The translations under genes were made by a program, and so were the position numbers. Under the pieces are notes generated by a model. That model searched no databases and was not told the DNA's origin. It saw only the letters and a list, made by a program, of their open reading frames with translations. Source: Chitinophagales bacterium (GTDB lineage Bacteria; Bacteroidota; Bacteroidia; Chitinophagales; UBA8649). Taken from it: a DNA stretch of 64,000 bases. Where the stretch lies: assembly GCA_049890075.1 (NCBI GenBank), contig JBMHCE010000016.1:34181-98180 (forward strand), in the 5' to 3' direction. This document shows positions 28,901-37,300 of the stretch, piece by piece (within the stretch, counting starts at the first letter, position 1; each line of letters opens with the position of its first letter).

Positions 28901-30597
28901 GCAACATAAGCAGCCGCATCAATTGGAACGGCGATAGGTGTTGTTATTGGATTTCCGATACAATTTCCAGACTGCTGAAATCCAGAGATGAAGTTCTCAG
29001 AAACTGGAGAACCTGTGATTTGACCAACACCTGCAATCGTCCCGTTTAGTTCAAGTAAACTAGCACAGTTTGCATTGTTTAGAATGTTACAATCTTCTGT
29101 AGCACTCAATGTATAGCTTAACTGAGCAAGAATATCTTGGGGGCTCGAAGGCAAAGGCAAATCTCCAAGATCCCATACAATGGCACCATTCGACCCTTGA
29201 GATGCATCAAAGAAAGGCGCAGTCCCAGCATTTGGGGTATACAGAAACTGACCGCTGGCGCTAACATATTCGGCGTTAAATGGAATGGGAATCACGATTT
29301 GTCCATTCGTCACGGGCTCTACACCTGTATTAAACACATCAACATTGAAGGTTAGCTCTTCACCGGGTAGGACGACTGGCGTAGCAGGCACACCTCCATT
29401 GTTTATATCGAGTAAAGAGTTGACTGCTGCAATCTCAGGTTCATAGGCATCTACTCCAAAAACAATGGCAAATATGATATAGGTATCTTGCGTTGTACCG
29501 TATCTAAAAGTTGTAGATGTTTGATTGTTAGCCACTACATCATTGTTTGTATTCGGCACATCAAACACAGCAATATCCATTCCCGTGTTGTTCAATACAT
29601 CTGGATTTCGAAGGTTGCCCCCTGTAAATACGGAAGAGTTAAAGAAGTTGTTAGGGCTATTCCCTCCATGTGCGAGGTCAACCCAGTTTTGGTCTGCAGC
29701 ATCTCGAATCTGGAAAAAATCACCAGGAATACTGCGGTCACCCTCCCCTGCAATCACGCCAAGCTTCACATTGACAGGACCATTCTGTGTCGAGTTAAAA
29801 CCGGTAACCGGAATCGTAAAGTCCGCGGTAACTCCACCTGCCACGTAGGCATGACCATCAAACAAGGTAATATCTCTCAAATTCATCTGATTATTACTGT
29901 AGATCACAACCATACCCCATCCTCCGTAGAAACCAGTAGATCCACCTGAGCCTTGTGCAGCGGCGAGATCGGCTACGGTATACGTACCTAACACCCCATT
30001 GTTTCGAACAAAATCGGTGACTTCCGCGTAAGCTGAATACATGTACCCATCGGATGTGTCAGGATAATAAATATCAGAGCTTGTAGCAGTAATTGTGGTG
30101 TACCCACTCGATGCTGGACCCTGAAGCTTTACCTGTTGCTTGTTTAGCGTAAACGTGTTACCATTTACGGTAACATCAAATGAATTGGGACTATTGGGGC
30201 CATTAGAAGCTCTACCGGTCCAGTAAAGTCCAGCATATACGACCTCCGAACAAGATGGATCTGCTCCATTCTCCGTAGAGAAGGTCAAATCAGCAGAAGA
30301 TGAATTCACTGTATTTGGATCATTGTCAATGTCCACATAGATCATGCCTTGGTTGTTACCTGTATTATCTCCATAGTTTTGGAGCGTAAGGCTTGTATTA
30401 CCAATCATAGCAAAATCACCCTTTACATTATATACAGTGACTCCCGGATTTAGGGGAGAAGTCCTTTGAGTAAATGGTTTAATAAGTTGGGCCATGGTCA
30501 ATTGAGCAACAAAAAGTCCAACGATAGCAAGAATGAGATGTAATCTTTTCACGATAAAAAATTTACTTGGATAATTATTTTGGAATAGCGATTTCAT
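25906..30597 (-). CDS. 1563-aa mosaic cell-surface adhesin: unassigned head, DUF11-like segment, Ig-like modules, 8 SprB-type repeats, probable T9SS type-A CTD
   Basis: Signal peptide (KRLHLILAIVGLFVAQLTMAQ). Repeated C-x4-6-G-[ST]-x6-9-GG-x-x-P[YF]-x-[YF] units. C-terminal ~70 aa resemble a CTD (LTLNIIDANG...GFVLILLKD...). An alternative GTG start at 30552 would remove the overlap with the upstream gene. Confidence 0.85.
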   Translation of the reverse strand: MKSLFQNNYPSKFFIVKRLHLILAIVGLFVAQLTMAQLIKPFTQRTSPLNPGVTVYNVKGDFAMIGNTSLTLQNYGDNTGNNQGMIYVDIDNDPNTVNSSSADLTFSTENGADPSCSEVVYAGLYWTGRASNGPNSPNSFDVTVNGNTFTLNKQQVKLQGPASSGYTTITATSSDIYYPDTSDGYMYSAYAEVTDFVRNNGVLGTYTVADLAAAQGSGGSTGFYGGWGMVVIYSNNQMNLRDITLFDGHAYVAGGVTADFTIPVTGFNSTQNGPVNVKLGVIAGEGDRSIPGDFFQIRDAADQNWVDLAHGGNSPNNFFNSSVFTGGNLRNPDVLNNTGMDIAVFDVPNTNNDVVANNQTSTTFRYGTTQDTYIIFAIVFGVDAYEPEIAAVNSLLDINNGGVPATPVVLPGEELTFNVDVFNTGVEPVTNGQIVIPIPFNAEYVSASGQFLYTPNAGTAPFFDASQGSNGAIVWDLGDLPLPSSPQDILAQLSYTLSATEDCNILNNANCASLLELNGTIAGVGQITGSPVSENFISGFQQSGNCIGNPITTPIAVPIDAAAYVAANCSQFETDYTFIFCGLDSSNTTIPTSQVSGAFPVGTRFFDSNPVTVNSIEYTSTGFPLVVGMQTYYAYPDGIDAPCFTEFTVTVVDSTLTTVPTADDVVYCQNETALPLSATPSDSAYQLFYYTDLNGSPVGQIIPPTDSIGVFTYFVAEALSNNCISENVEDIQVTVLSSGTSVLSGVNGTTLYTDTAVVDEELCFNVFASNSDPNQVVTIEYLGSLPGATFTITPGSAPSAEFCWTPTDLDSGINTFQVLLRDSCGDSLYTFEVVVEAPPCDVEVELVRTGDLVCDSNDGVAVLTAVGGVAPYTFSVINNTTGEIFTNTTGVFLNLTAGDYSVVVIDSVGCEPDCSDLDFTIGGSAVALDLTLVGTNVLCADSTSTGGSIAASVTGGTPAYVYSIDGNFGTDSLFTGLATGLYTVTVLDQNGCTTSGDIEITAPDPLVINIIDIQEALCNEDNGSFSFDVIGGTTPYAFTLNGNALSSGSAVDLAPGVYTLEVVDSNDCVASVDVEITTPDPLVASLDSIGQPSCIDTFGSVQIAVIGGSAPYTYDIGNGPTTSAFFDSLAVGSYTVVVTDSTNCVDSISFDIVAPEDLVAEIQNVIQPNCVDTTGGFEVVVLTGNAPYTYDIGNGPQLSGVFAGLSPGSYNVLVEDSLGCSFNLDAVIDSVTPLVADTANVIDPACGNSNGSFEVVIISGSAPFSYDLNGAITTDNVFDGLASGTYVVVVSDSNQCTDTVDVTLNGTSAFTLEASITEPTCFEDCNGSASVTASVSGLSFIWSNGETSAAIDSLCAGTYTVIGTDDNGCADTLDVVVTQPDAISLFLAEVIDEACDQANGSATIQAQGGTSPYTYFLAGLSQTQVESNTTGFFGGLESGTYAYYVTDSNGCEQECIETFELFDDCNPVNRSVPAIQEPTRNVVIPTLDYVGQQASIQYESTVDNGLTLNIIDANGIDLASETLRGHRGEISFGIERFDEGFVLILLKDSEGMILATGRLPIMH
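26206..28041 (-). repeat. array of 8 tandem SprB-type protein repeats (70-85 aa each) inside the 1563-aa gene
   Basis: The units begin VCDSNDG, LCADSTSTGG, LCNEDNG, SCIDTFG, NCVDTTG, ACGNSNG, TCFEDCNG and ACDQANG. Each has a (G)G-x-x-P-Y/F-x-Y/F core and a trailing D-x-x-G/N-C. Confidence 0.85.
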
Positions 30598-31027
30598 AAA
30601 TCAATGGAATCGAAAGTTCTTGAAGAGCTTCAAAGGCTTGTTCAAACTGACTCACCTGAGCTGAAACTTCTGATCGAATCAAAACACCTTGTAATGAGGA
30701 GGCGCCTGCAATAAAGGCAGGATCAAAATCAATACGATTAAAATCACCTGAATCATGAACACGAAGCTCTATGATCTCGATAGATGGATACTGATTGAGC
30801 ATCTCGTGAGCCATCGAGGTTGACGCTGCATCAGTGAACAACATCGTAGGCTCATCGCCAATGGCACGGAAACGGCCGTTTTCAGCATAAACTGTTGACT
30901 GAATGGTTGCATAACGCTCTTGTAGTTGCATATCATCGACTTCGTCGAATTTGACAATATGCTGAGCACTCAAAACCCCAACTGCACCTAAGCAGATCAG
31001 AAGGGTTAGCAGATATTTATTATTCAT
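30575..31027 (-). CDS. hypothetical ~150-aa secreted protein inside the adhesin operon
   Basis: Signal peptide MNNKYLLTLLICLGAVGVLSAQ from the ATG at 31027. The ORF-track start at 31036 is TTG. No recognisable domain. Same strand as both flanking genes. Confidence 0.6.
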   Translation of the reverse strand: MNNKYLLTLLICLGAVGVLSAQHIVKFDEVDDMQLQERYATIQSTVYAENGRFRAIGDEPTMLFTDAASTSMAHEMLNQYPSIEIIELRVHDSGDFNRIDFDPAFIAGASSLQGVLIRSEVSAQVSQFEQAFEALQELSIPLIYEIAIPK

Positions 31028-31056
31028 AATTGACAATTTATATTAGGGTTTTTAGA

Positions 31057-32190
31057 TTATCTGGTGATTAACAGAATTTTTACACTTCGTGGCACGCCTT
31101 CGGCGTCCAGAAGATAGATGTAATACGATCCCGCAGCGAGATCACTTACATCCCACTGCAGTTGCTTTTTATTATGAGAAACTTGTCCTTGACGCAACAC
31201 CTGTCCCTCCTGCCCGAGCAGCTGAACAAGCCCTGTTTCATTAAAATCACGAACTTGAAGATTTACTTGATCTTGTGTTGGGTTTGGCGCCAACGTAATC
31301 ATATTGTTTTCCAAGTCCCCTTCTTCTGCAAGTTCACGACCAAAAATGTCGCAGAAAAAATTAATGTTGCGCAGAAACACTATGCTTGAGAATGGCGGGA
31401 AAAATCGACATCCATTCGCATCCGTTACGAAGTAGTAATACAATCCTGCGCTTAAGTTATCAAAGGTTCCTGTTGTATTCGTTTGAAAATTCGCTGCAAA
31501 AATATTGTACAATCCATAGGTATAGGGACTCGTGCCTCCTTGCGCATTCAGCACGATTTGGCCCTCGCCGTTCGAACAAAACTCATTGGTACGGCTTACC
31601 AGCTGAACACTTAAGGGAATAATAGGATCTACAACAACCTCCAAGGTACTTTGGCATCCATTCGAATCAAGCACAACCGATTGGTAAGTACCAGACGGTA
31701 CGCCAAAAAAAGTACTACTCGATTGAAATCCGTTGCCTAAGGAATATAGAAAAGGAGCACTTCCGCTATTGGGAATAAGTACGACTGTGCTGCCATCTTC
31801 TTCATCACATCCCTGCTCTATCTCCGCAATATGAGTAAATGATGTAGTGGAGTTTTCAATCACCAGCGAGAGATTTTGGCATTCCAAACCGCATCCCAAG
31901 ACATCGATTACTACAGCGCTGTAGTCACCCGCGTCAAGCCCGGAAAATACACCCGTACTATTCGTAAGGATGTCACCCGACTCATTATTAATCAACGTGT
32001 AGGTAAAAGGAGAAGATCCTGTAGAAGCCCGAATCACGGCACTACCGCCGGTAGAACAATTGCCATCCACAACCGATAGCACGCTCGCATCAATAAAACA
32101 AGCTACCTGACCTTTAGCATGACGACTTGATGACAACAATAGCGTAGCCAACAAGAGCCGTAGTATAGTGAGTCGCGCGAGCATAAGCAC
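31057..32190 (-). CDS. 377-aa protein with three SprB-type repeats and a T9SS type-A CTD
   Basis: Repeats NCSTGGSAVIRASTGSSPFTYTL, GCDEEDGSTVVLIPNSGSAPFLYSL and FCSNGEGQIVLNAQGGTSPYTYGL. CTD LAPNPTQDQVNLQV...GSYYIYLLD...ILLITR. GTG at 32190, ATG at 32184. Confidence 0.85.
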   Translation of the reverse strand: MLMLARLTILRLLLATLLLSSSRHAKGQVACFIDASVLSVVDGNCSTGGSAVIRASTGSSPFTYTLINNESGDILTNSTGVFSGLDAGDYSAVVIDVLGCGLECQNLSLVIENSTTSFTHIAEIEQGCDEEDGSTVVLIPNSGSAPFLYSLGNGFQSSSTFFGVPSGTYQSVVLDSNGCQSTLEVVVDPIIPLSVQLVSRTNEFCSNGEGQIVLNAQGGTSPYTYGLYNIFAANFQTNTTGTFDNLSAGLYYYFVTDANGCRFFPPFSSIVFLRNINFFCDIFGRELAEEGDLENNMITLAPNPTQDQVNLQVRDFNETGLVQLLGQEGQVLRQGQVSHNKKQLQWDVSDLAAGSYYIYLLDAEGVPRSVKILLITR

Positions 32191-32396
32191 TTAAAGATAA
32201 GACAAATACACCGCTCAATGTGGATAACTTGTTTCAACGAGAAACACAAACCAATAGCACCCACAGAATACATAAAACAATTGTATATAATTTACTGATT
32301 TCCATTGATTTACGTATATGTAAAATTTAGATATCATGAGACGCACCATAAACAAAACCCCACCACTTTGAATATCAATGACAAAAATGCGAAAAC

Positions 32397-32427
32397 AAAA
32401 AAAGCCATCGCAAGTGCGATGGCTTTT
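32397..32427 (-). terminator. rho-independent terminator downstream of tRNA-Pro
   Basis: Stem GCCATCG/CGATGGC, extendable by flanking A:T pairs, then a T7 run on the minus strand, 9 nt after the tRNA 3' end. Confidence 0.8.
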
Positions 32428-32436
32428 CCTATCGTG

Positions 32437-32511
32437 TCGGGGTGGCAGGATTCGAACCTGCGACCCCCTGGTCCCAAACCAGGTGCGCTAACCGGACTGC
32501 GCCACACCCCG
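32437..32511 (-). tRNA. tRNA-Pro (anticodon UGG)
   Basis: The reverse complement CGGGGTGTGGCGCAGTCCGGTTAGCGCACCTGGTTTGGGACCAGGGGGTCGCAGGTTCGAATCCTGCCACCCCGA folds as a cloverleaf. It has a 7-bp acceptor stem, an anticodon stem CCTGG/CCAGG with loop TTTGGGA, and a T-loop GGTTCGAAT. CCA is not encoded. Confidence 0.93.
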
Positions 32512-32530
32512 AATTGATAAATTGGGACGG

Positions 32531-32538
32531 CAAAGATA
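32531..32538 (-). promoter_or_regulatory. -7 box (TAnnTTTG) for tRNA-Pro
   Basis: TATCTTTG on the minus strand ends 19 nt upstream of the mature tRNA 5' end. Confidence 0.5.
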
Positions 32539-32646
32539 TACATTAAATCAATTAATCCATCGCAATATTGAAACAGCTTAAGAAAAGCACCTTTTCTTGA
32601 CTTGCTTGTTTTACCTTTATTAATGTATAAGCGTTATATAGCAACT

Positions 32647-34386
32647 ATGGCTCCATTAAGCGAACAGGAAATTCAACGAAGACAAAATCTTGAATCACTC
32701 ATTACTTCTGGCATAAACCCTTACCCTGCTGAAAAGTATGAGGTCACAGCAAGTGCTCAACATATTCTAGATCACTTTCCGACCGTTGAGGGCGATGATA
32801 CACCATGGAATCTCTGCATTGCAGGAAGGCTTATGATTAAGCGAATCAGTGGCAAAGCAGCCTTTGCCGAGTTGCAAGATCACTCAGGAAGAATCCAGCT
32901 TTACTTTAATCGTGATGAAATCTGCCCAGGAGAGGATAAGTCCAAGTACAACGAAGTATTTAAAAAGTGGCTTGACCTCGGTGATTTTATTGGCGTAGAA
33001 GGCTATGTCTTTCGGACGCAGCTCGGAGAAATCACCGTGCACGTCAAGGACTTCACCTTGCTATCCAAATCCATCAAGCCCCTGCCTGTTGTAAAAAAAG
33101 ACAGCGAAGGGAATGTCTATGATGCCCTAACCGATCCTGAACTCCGCTACCGCCAACGCTATGTCGACCTTGTGGTCAATCAAGGCGTAAAATCTATTTT
33201 CAAACAACGCAGTGATATCATTCGATCCATGCGTAATTTCTTTGAAAAGGATGGATATGTTGAGGTAGATACCCCGGTGTTACAGGCTATACCCGGTGGC
33301 GCCAATGCAAGACCTTTTATCACTCATCATAATACCCTAGACATCCCAATGTATCTGCGTATTGCCAACGAGTTGTATTTAAAGCGACTTATTGTTGGAG
33401 GTTTTGATGGGGTCTTTGAGTTTAGTAGAAACTTCCGCAACGAGGGCATGGATCGCACACACAATCCAGAATTTACCGTACTTGAGATTTACGTTGCCTA
33501 CAAAGACTACAACTGGATGATGGATTATACCGAAGCGCTTGTCAAGTACTGCGTGCAACAAACTTCGTCGTCTATGCAATTAGAAGTCTGGGGAAACACC
33601 ATAGATTTTGGAAAACCCTTCCAGCGCATCAGCATACTTGATGCTATCGAACAACATACAGGCTACAATCTCGATGGCAAAAGCGAGGAGGAGATTCGAA
33701 GCATTGCCAACGAACTTGGCATAGAAACCGACAAGTCAATGGGGAAGGCCAAACTCATCGATGAGATATTTGGTGAAAAAGCAGAAGGCAAGTTTATCCA
33801 ACCCACCTTTATCACCGATTATCCCGTTGAAATGTCACCCCTCTGTAAAAGACATCGCGACAATCCGAACCTTACCGAGCGCTTTGAACTCTTTATCTGT
33901 GGAAAGGAAGTAGCCAATGCCTACAGCGAGCTCAATGACCCTATTGATCAGCTCAAGCGATTTGAAGAACAAGTTGCGTTGCAAGCAAGAGGTGATGATG
34001 AGGCGATGTTTATCGACCACGATTATGTACGTGCCCTTGAATATGGTATGCCACCAACGGCAGGCATGGGTATTGGGGTAGATCGATTGGTTATGATGCT
34101 GACCAACCAAACATCGATTCAAGAGGTTCTGCTGTTTCCCCAAATGAGACCTGAAAAAACTTCAGAGGCTGCACCCGCGCAAGAGGCAGTTACTCAAGAT
34201 TTAAACGACAATGAGAAACTTCTAATCAGCGCATTGGAAAAAGAAAGTCCACGGGATTTAGCTTCTCTTAAAGAAGAGTTGGGCTTATCCAACAAGCAAT
34301 GGGACAAAACGACAAAAAGCCTTGCAAAGAAGGGGCTCACTAAGGTGGTCAAAACCGACTCCTCGCTCACTATTGAATTGGTGTAA
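32647..34386 (+). CDS. lysS: lysine--tRNA ligase (class II) with a ~75-aa C-terminal extension
   Basis: OB anticodon-binding domain and class II motifs (..FRNEGMD.THNPEFT.., GMGIGVDRLVM). I prefer the ATG at 32647 (MAPLSEQEIQRR) over the TTG at 32602. Confidence 0.93.
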   Translation: MAPLSEQEIQRRQNLESLITSGINPYPAEKYEVTASAQHILDHFPTVEGDDTPWNLCIAGRLMIKRISGKAAFAELQDHSGRIQLYFNRDEICPGEDKSKYNEVFKKWLDLGDFIGVEGYVFRTQLGEITVHVKDFTLLSKSIKPLPVVKKDSEGNVYDALTDPELRYRQRYVDLVVNQGVKSIFKQRSDIIRSMRNFFEKDGYVEVDTPVLQAIPGGANARPFITHHNTLDIPMYLRIANELYLKRLIVGGFDGVFEFSRNFRNEGMDRTHNPEFTVLEIYVAYKDYNWMMDYTEALVKYCVQQTSSSMQLEVWGNTIDFGKPFQRISILDAIEQHTGYNLDGKSEEEIRSIANELGIETDKSMGKAKLIDEIFGEKAEGKFIQPTFITDYPVEMSPLCKRHRDNPNLTERFELFICGKEVANAYSELNDPIDQLKRFEEQVALQARGDDEAMFIDHDYVRALEYGMPPTAGMGIGVDRLVMMLTNQTSIQEVLLFPQMRPEKTSEAAPAQEAVTQDLNDNEKLLISALEKESPRDLASLKEELGLSNKQWDKTTKSLAKKGLTKVVKTDSSLTIELV

Positions 34387-34390
34387 AAAG

Positions 34391-37300
34391 TTACTCTACC
34401 GATATCATCCTTCGATAGATGACATTCTCTGATCGAAGGACAACGAGGTAAAAACCTGTTTCTAAGGAGGATGTATGGATAAATCCTTGACCTTCCTGAC
34501 AGTAACTCTTTAAGACAATAGAACCCTTCATATCCAATACATCAACTGAATAGGATTCAGGTGAAGGAGTTGCCAAATAAAGGTTATCTCCTTGACGCAA
34601 TGGGTTGGGATAGACATGGAGAACATCCTGCCCTAAGTAATTGAGATTCGTAGGCGGTGGTGTCGTCGTATCTCTTGCATCAAAGTTGATATTATCAATG
34701 TAGATATTGTTTCCAAAGCCATTCTTTCCCCTGAAGACAAGCATTACCTCTTCATTCCCAAAATAGGCGGAAAGATCAATACTTTCTCTGCGCCATTCAT
34801 CTGATTGAGGGATAAAGGCCTCATTGGTATCTGCTCTTGTGGCCAAGTCGCTACCCCCTTTCCAATACAAGGTGTCATAACTCACTCCGCAATCCAAGGA
34901 GATAAGTACTCCCAGCGTATCGGAGTAATTCACTGCATATCGTGCATAGGCCACATCGAATGATAAGGGCTGTAACTGAGTGGAGGAAAGGTCTACAAAG
35001 GTGACTAGGTCGTCCACTTCCCCTGCTTCATAATAACCAAAACCATCAAAATACACTGAACGGCTGCTCATACCAAAGCCACCGGCATTGTCGGTTAAAG
35101 CCCAGCTTATGCGATTATCAGGATTCTTAATAGTAAACTCCACTGGAAGGCTTGTCGATTCAAAAGTCTCTTGAACGAGCGGCTCTGGAGGCACTGAGGT
35201 GATCACAGCATACAAGGTGTCACGATCGACAATACCACTCGCATCCGTAACCGTAAGATATATTGGATGGCGACCATCCTGATTATACACGACGTCTTGC
35301 TCAATGGACGTAGACGTCGCTGGACTTCCACCAGGAAACTCCCACAATCTGCTCGCCCCAGCATGGCGCAACACCGACAAGTCGACCACCTCAGCCATAC
35401 GCGTAGCATTGTCGCAGGTTAACGCAATGAAGCTATCCGTCTCAAGACCTATTCGTGCAATAGGTTGAAAGTTTGTTTCATACAGGGGACTTTCCCAAAT
35501 CCCTTTTCCGTAGGACGCAATGCGAATCTTTCCATCGCGATAAAAAGGAATCGCCTTGTTGACATTACACTGCACAGGTAGACCGTCGCCATAATCCTCC
35601 CAGTCAGCCATCGAGTTATTGCGATAGAAAATCGTATTATTCGAGGCGTAGTAAATTCCACCATCCGTCCCATAGGCCAAATTGATCCATCGCGCCCTTT
35701 CATTTTGAATGGTTGGCGTCGTTAAGTTAGACCAAGTATTTCCCCCATCTATGGATTTGTACACCCGGTTGTTGGAGGATTCAAAGGCAACATACAATAC
35801 GTCACTATCCAACGGGTCAACTTGAAGTAGCATTTTTCTATGTCCAGCGGCATCACCAGGAAGCGCAGTCTGCACCCAAGAGAGACCGCCATTTTCTGTT
35901 TTCCAGAGCTTACTTGAACTTGGACTTGATGACTGTTGGCTAGCGTAGATGACCTCTGGATTGGACCACGACCATTCTATATAGGTAATCAGATCATCCT
36001 CATTGCTACCAAAAGTGTATAAACGCTGAAAGGATTGACCAAAGTCTTCTGTTATCCATAGACTATTATCAAGACCCGTAATGGCATGAGAATAAAAGTT
36101 GGGGTGAAAGGCTAGTTCAGATGACTCCACTGTCCAATAACTTTCATTCGGGTTAATGCCGAAGGTAAACGACCCTACAGGATCCCCGATAGTAGAAGGA
36201 ACAATGCGACCTAAACCGGGTGTACTGTATACCCTTCGGTTTTCGCCTGGATTTACATATCCAGAGGCCGGTTCGCCACCCACAAGTACGAGGTGATTAC
36301 CTTGGCCCCAGCGATCAAAACTAGCGTGCACACCACAGTGATACAATCCACCAACTGTGACATCTTCATTCCAACCCTGTCCAAAGCCCCAATAATCACT
36401 GCTGTGCATTCCATTGGTACGGACCTCAAAATGGGTTGTCGTAGAAAAGAAATCATCAGACCAATACACGCATCCATCCGTAGTCACCCAGGCATCATTT
36501 CCATTGATTCGAAAGTCTTGCATGTCCACTTTTAGATCACCAAGTGAGCCCGCACCATACCCTCCAAGAAACTCAAAGGTCAATCCTGCATCGTAGGATT
36601 TGTAAAGGCTTGTGCCTCCGATAAGCACTTCATCAGGATTGTTTTGTGAGGCCAACACTGCACAATTGTAAAACCCTTGATGGTGTCCATTATTAGATAA
36701 TCCATTGGCTAAGTTGGGATGCGTATCCGAGTATGGACCTCCCGCAGGCCCATTCGGCAAGGTCCACGTTAGCCCTCCATCATCCGAACGATACAAACCG
36801 ATATGCCCTTCATCACCTGCCTTAGATTCTCCTATGAGGTAAGCATAAATACGGTCAGGATTTGCACTTGTAAGTGCTAGACGTGCCCCGCGATCATTGA
36901 CATTAGGATCAGTCGACGTATGCCAACCATTGTTTAACAAAGAGAAAGTTAGTCCCCCATCCAACGAACGATAAAACTCGGCAATATTGAGCCATGCATT
37001 ATGCTTGGTTAGATATACAATATCATCATTCACGGTATGGAGTTTGACATCATAGGTTCTTTCATTAAACACATTGGTCCATTGTATTCCCCCATCTGTA
37101 CTTCGATAAAATCCATTTTGGCACGCCAAAAAGACAATTGACGGATCGGATGGTTTAAATTGAATTTCATGGCATTCGCCTGTATTTAATCCTTGAGTAT
37201 ACCAATTGACTCCACCGTCAAGGCTGTAGAATATGGAGTTTCCTGAGCCAATAAGCACAGTGTCAGGACGACTGGGATGAATAGCTATTGCGGTCACCGC

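Noticed and set aside
32286-32330. An imperfect palindrome TTTAC-N6-GTAAA upstream of the adhesin operon, a possible operator or invertible-promoter repeat.
   Set aside because: The arms are only 5 bp in an AT-rich region. There is no second copy flanking a promoter-sized segment and no recombinase gene. Chance occurrence is likely.
25565-32511. The adhesin operon could be a genomic island integrated at the 3' end of tRNA-Pro.
   Set aside because: There is no integrase, recombinase or transposase. I could not find a copy of the tRNA 3' segment (GGATTCGAACC...) at the far boundary (25565-25905). A normal terminator separates the tRNA from the operon. A composition shift could not be computed here, so an old island is not fully excluded.
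32305-32543. Two ORF-track ORFs (70 aa on the plus strand, 69 aa on the minus strand) in the lysS-upstream gap.
   Set aside because: Both run straight through the tRNA-Pro gene and its terminator hairpin. The tRNA cloverleaf explains the sequence.
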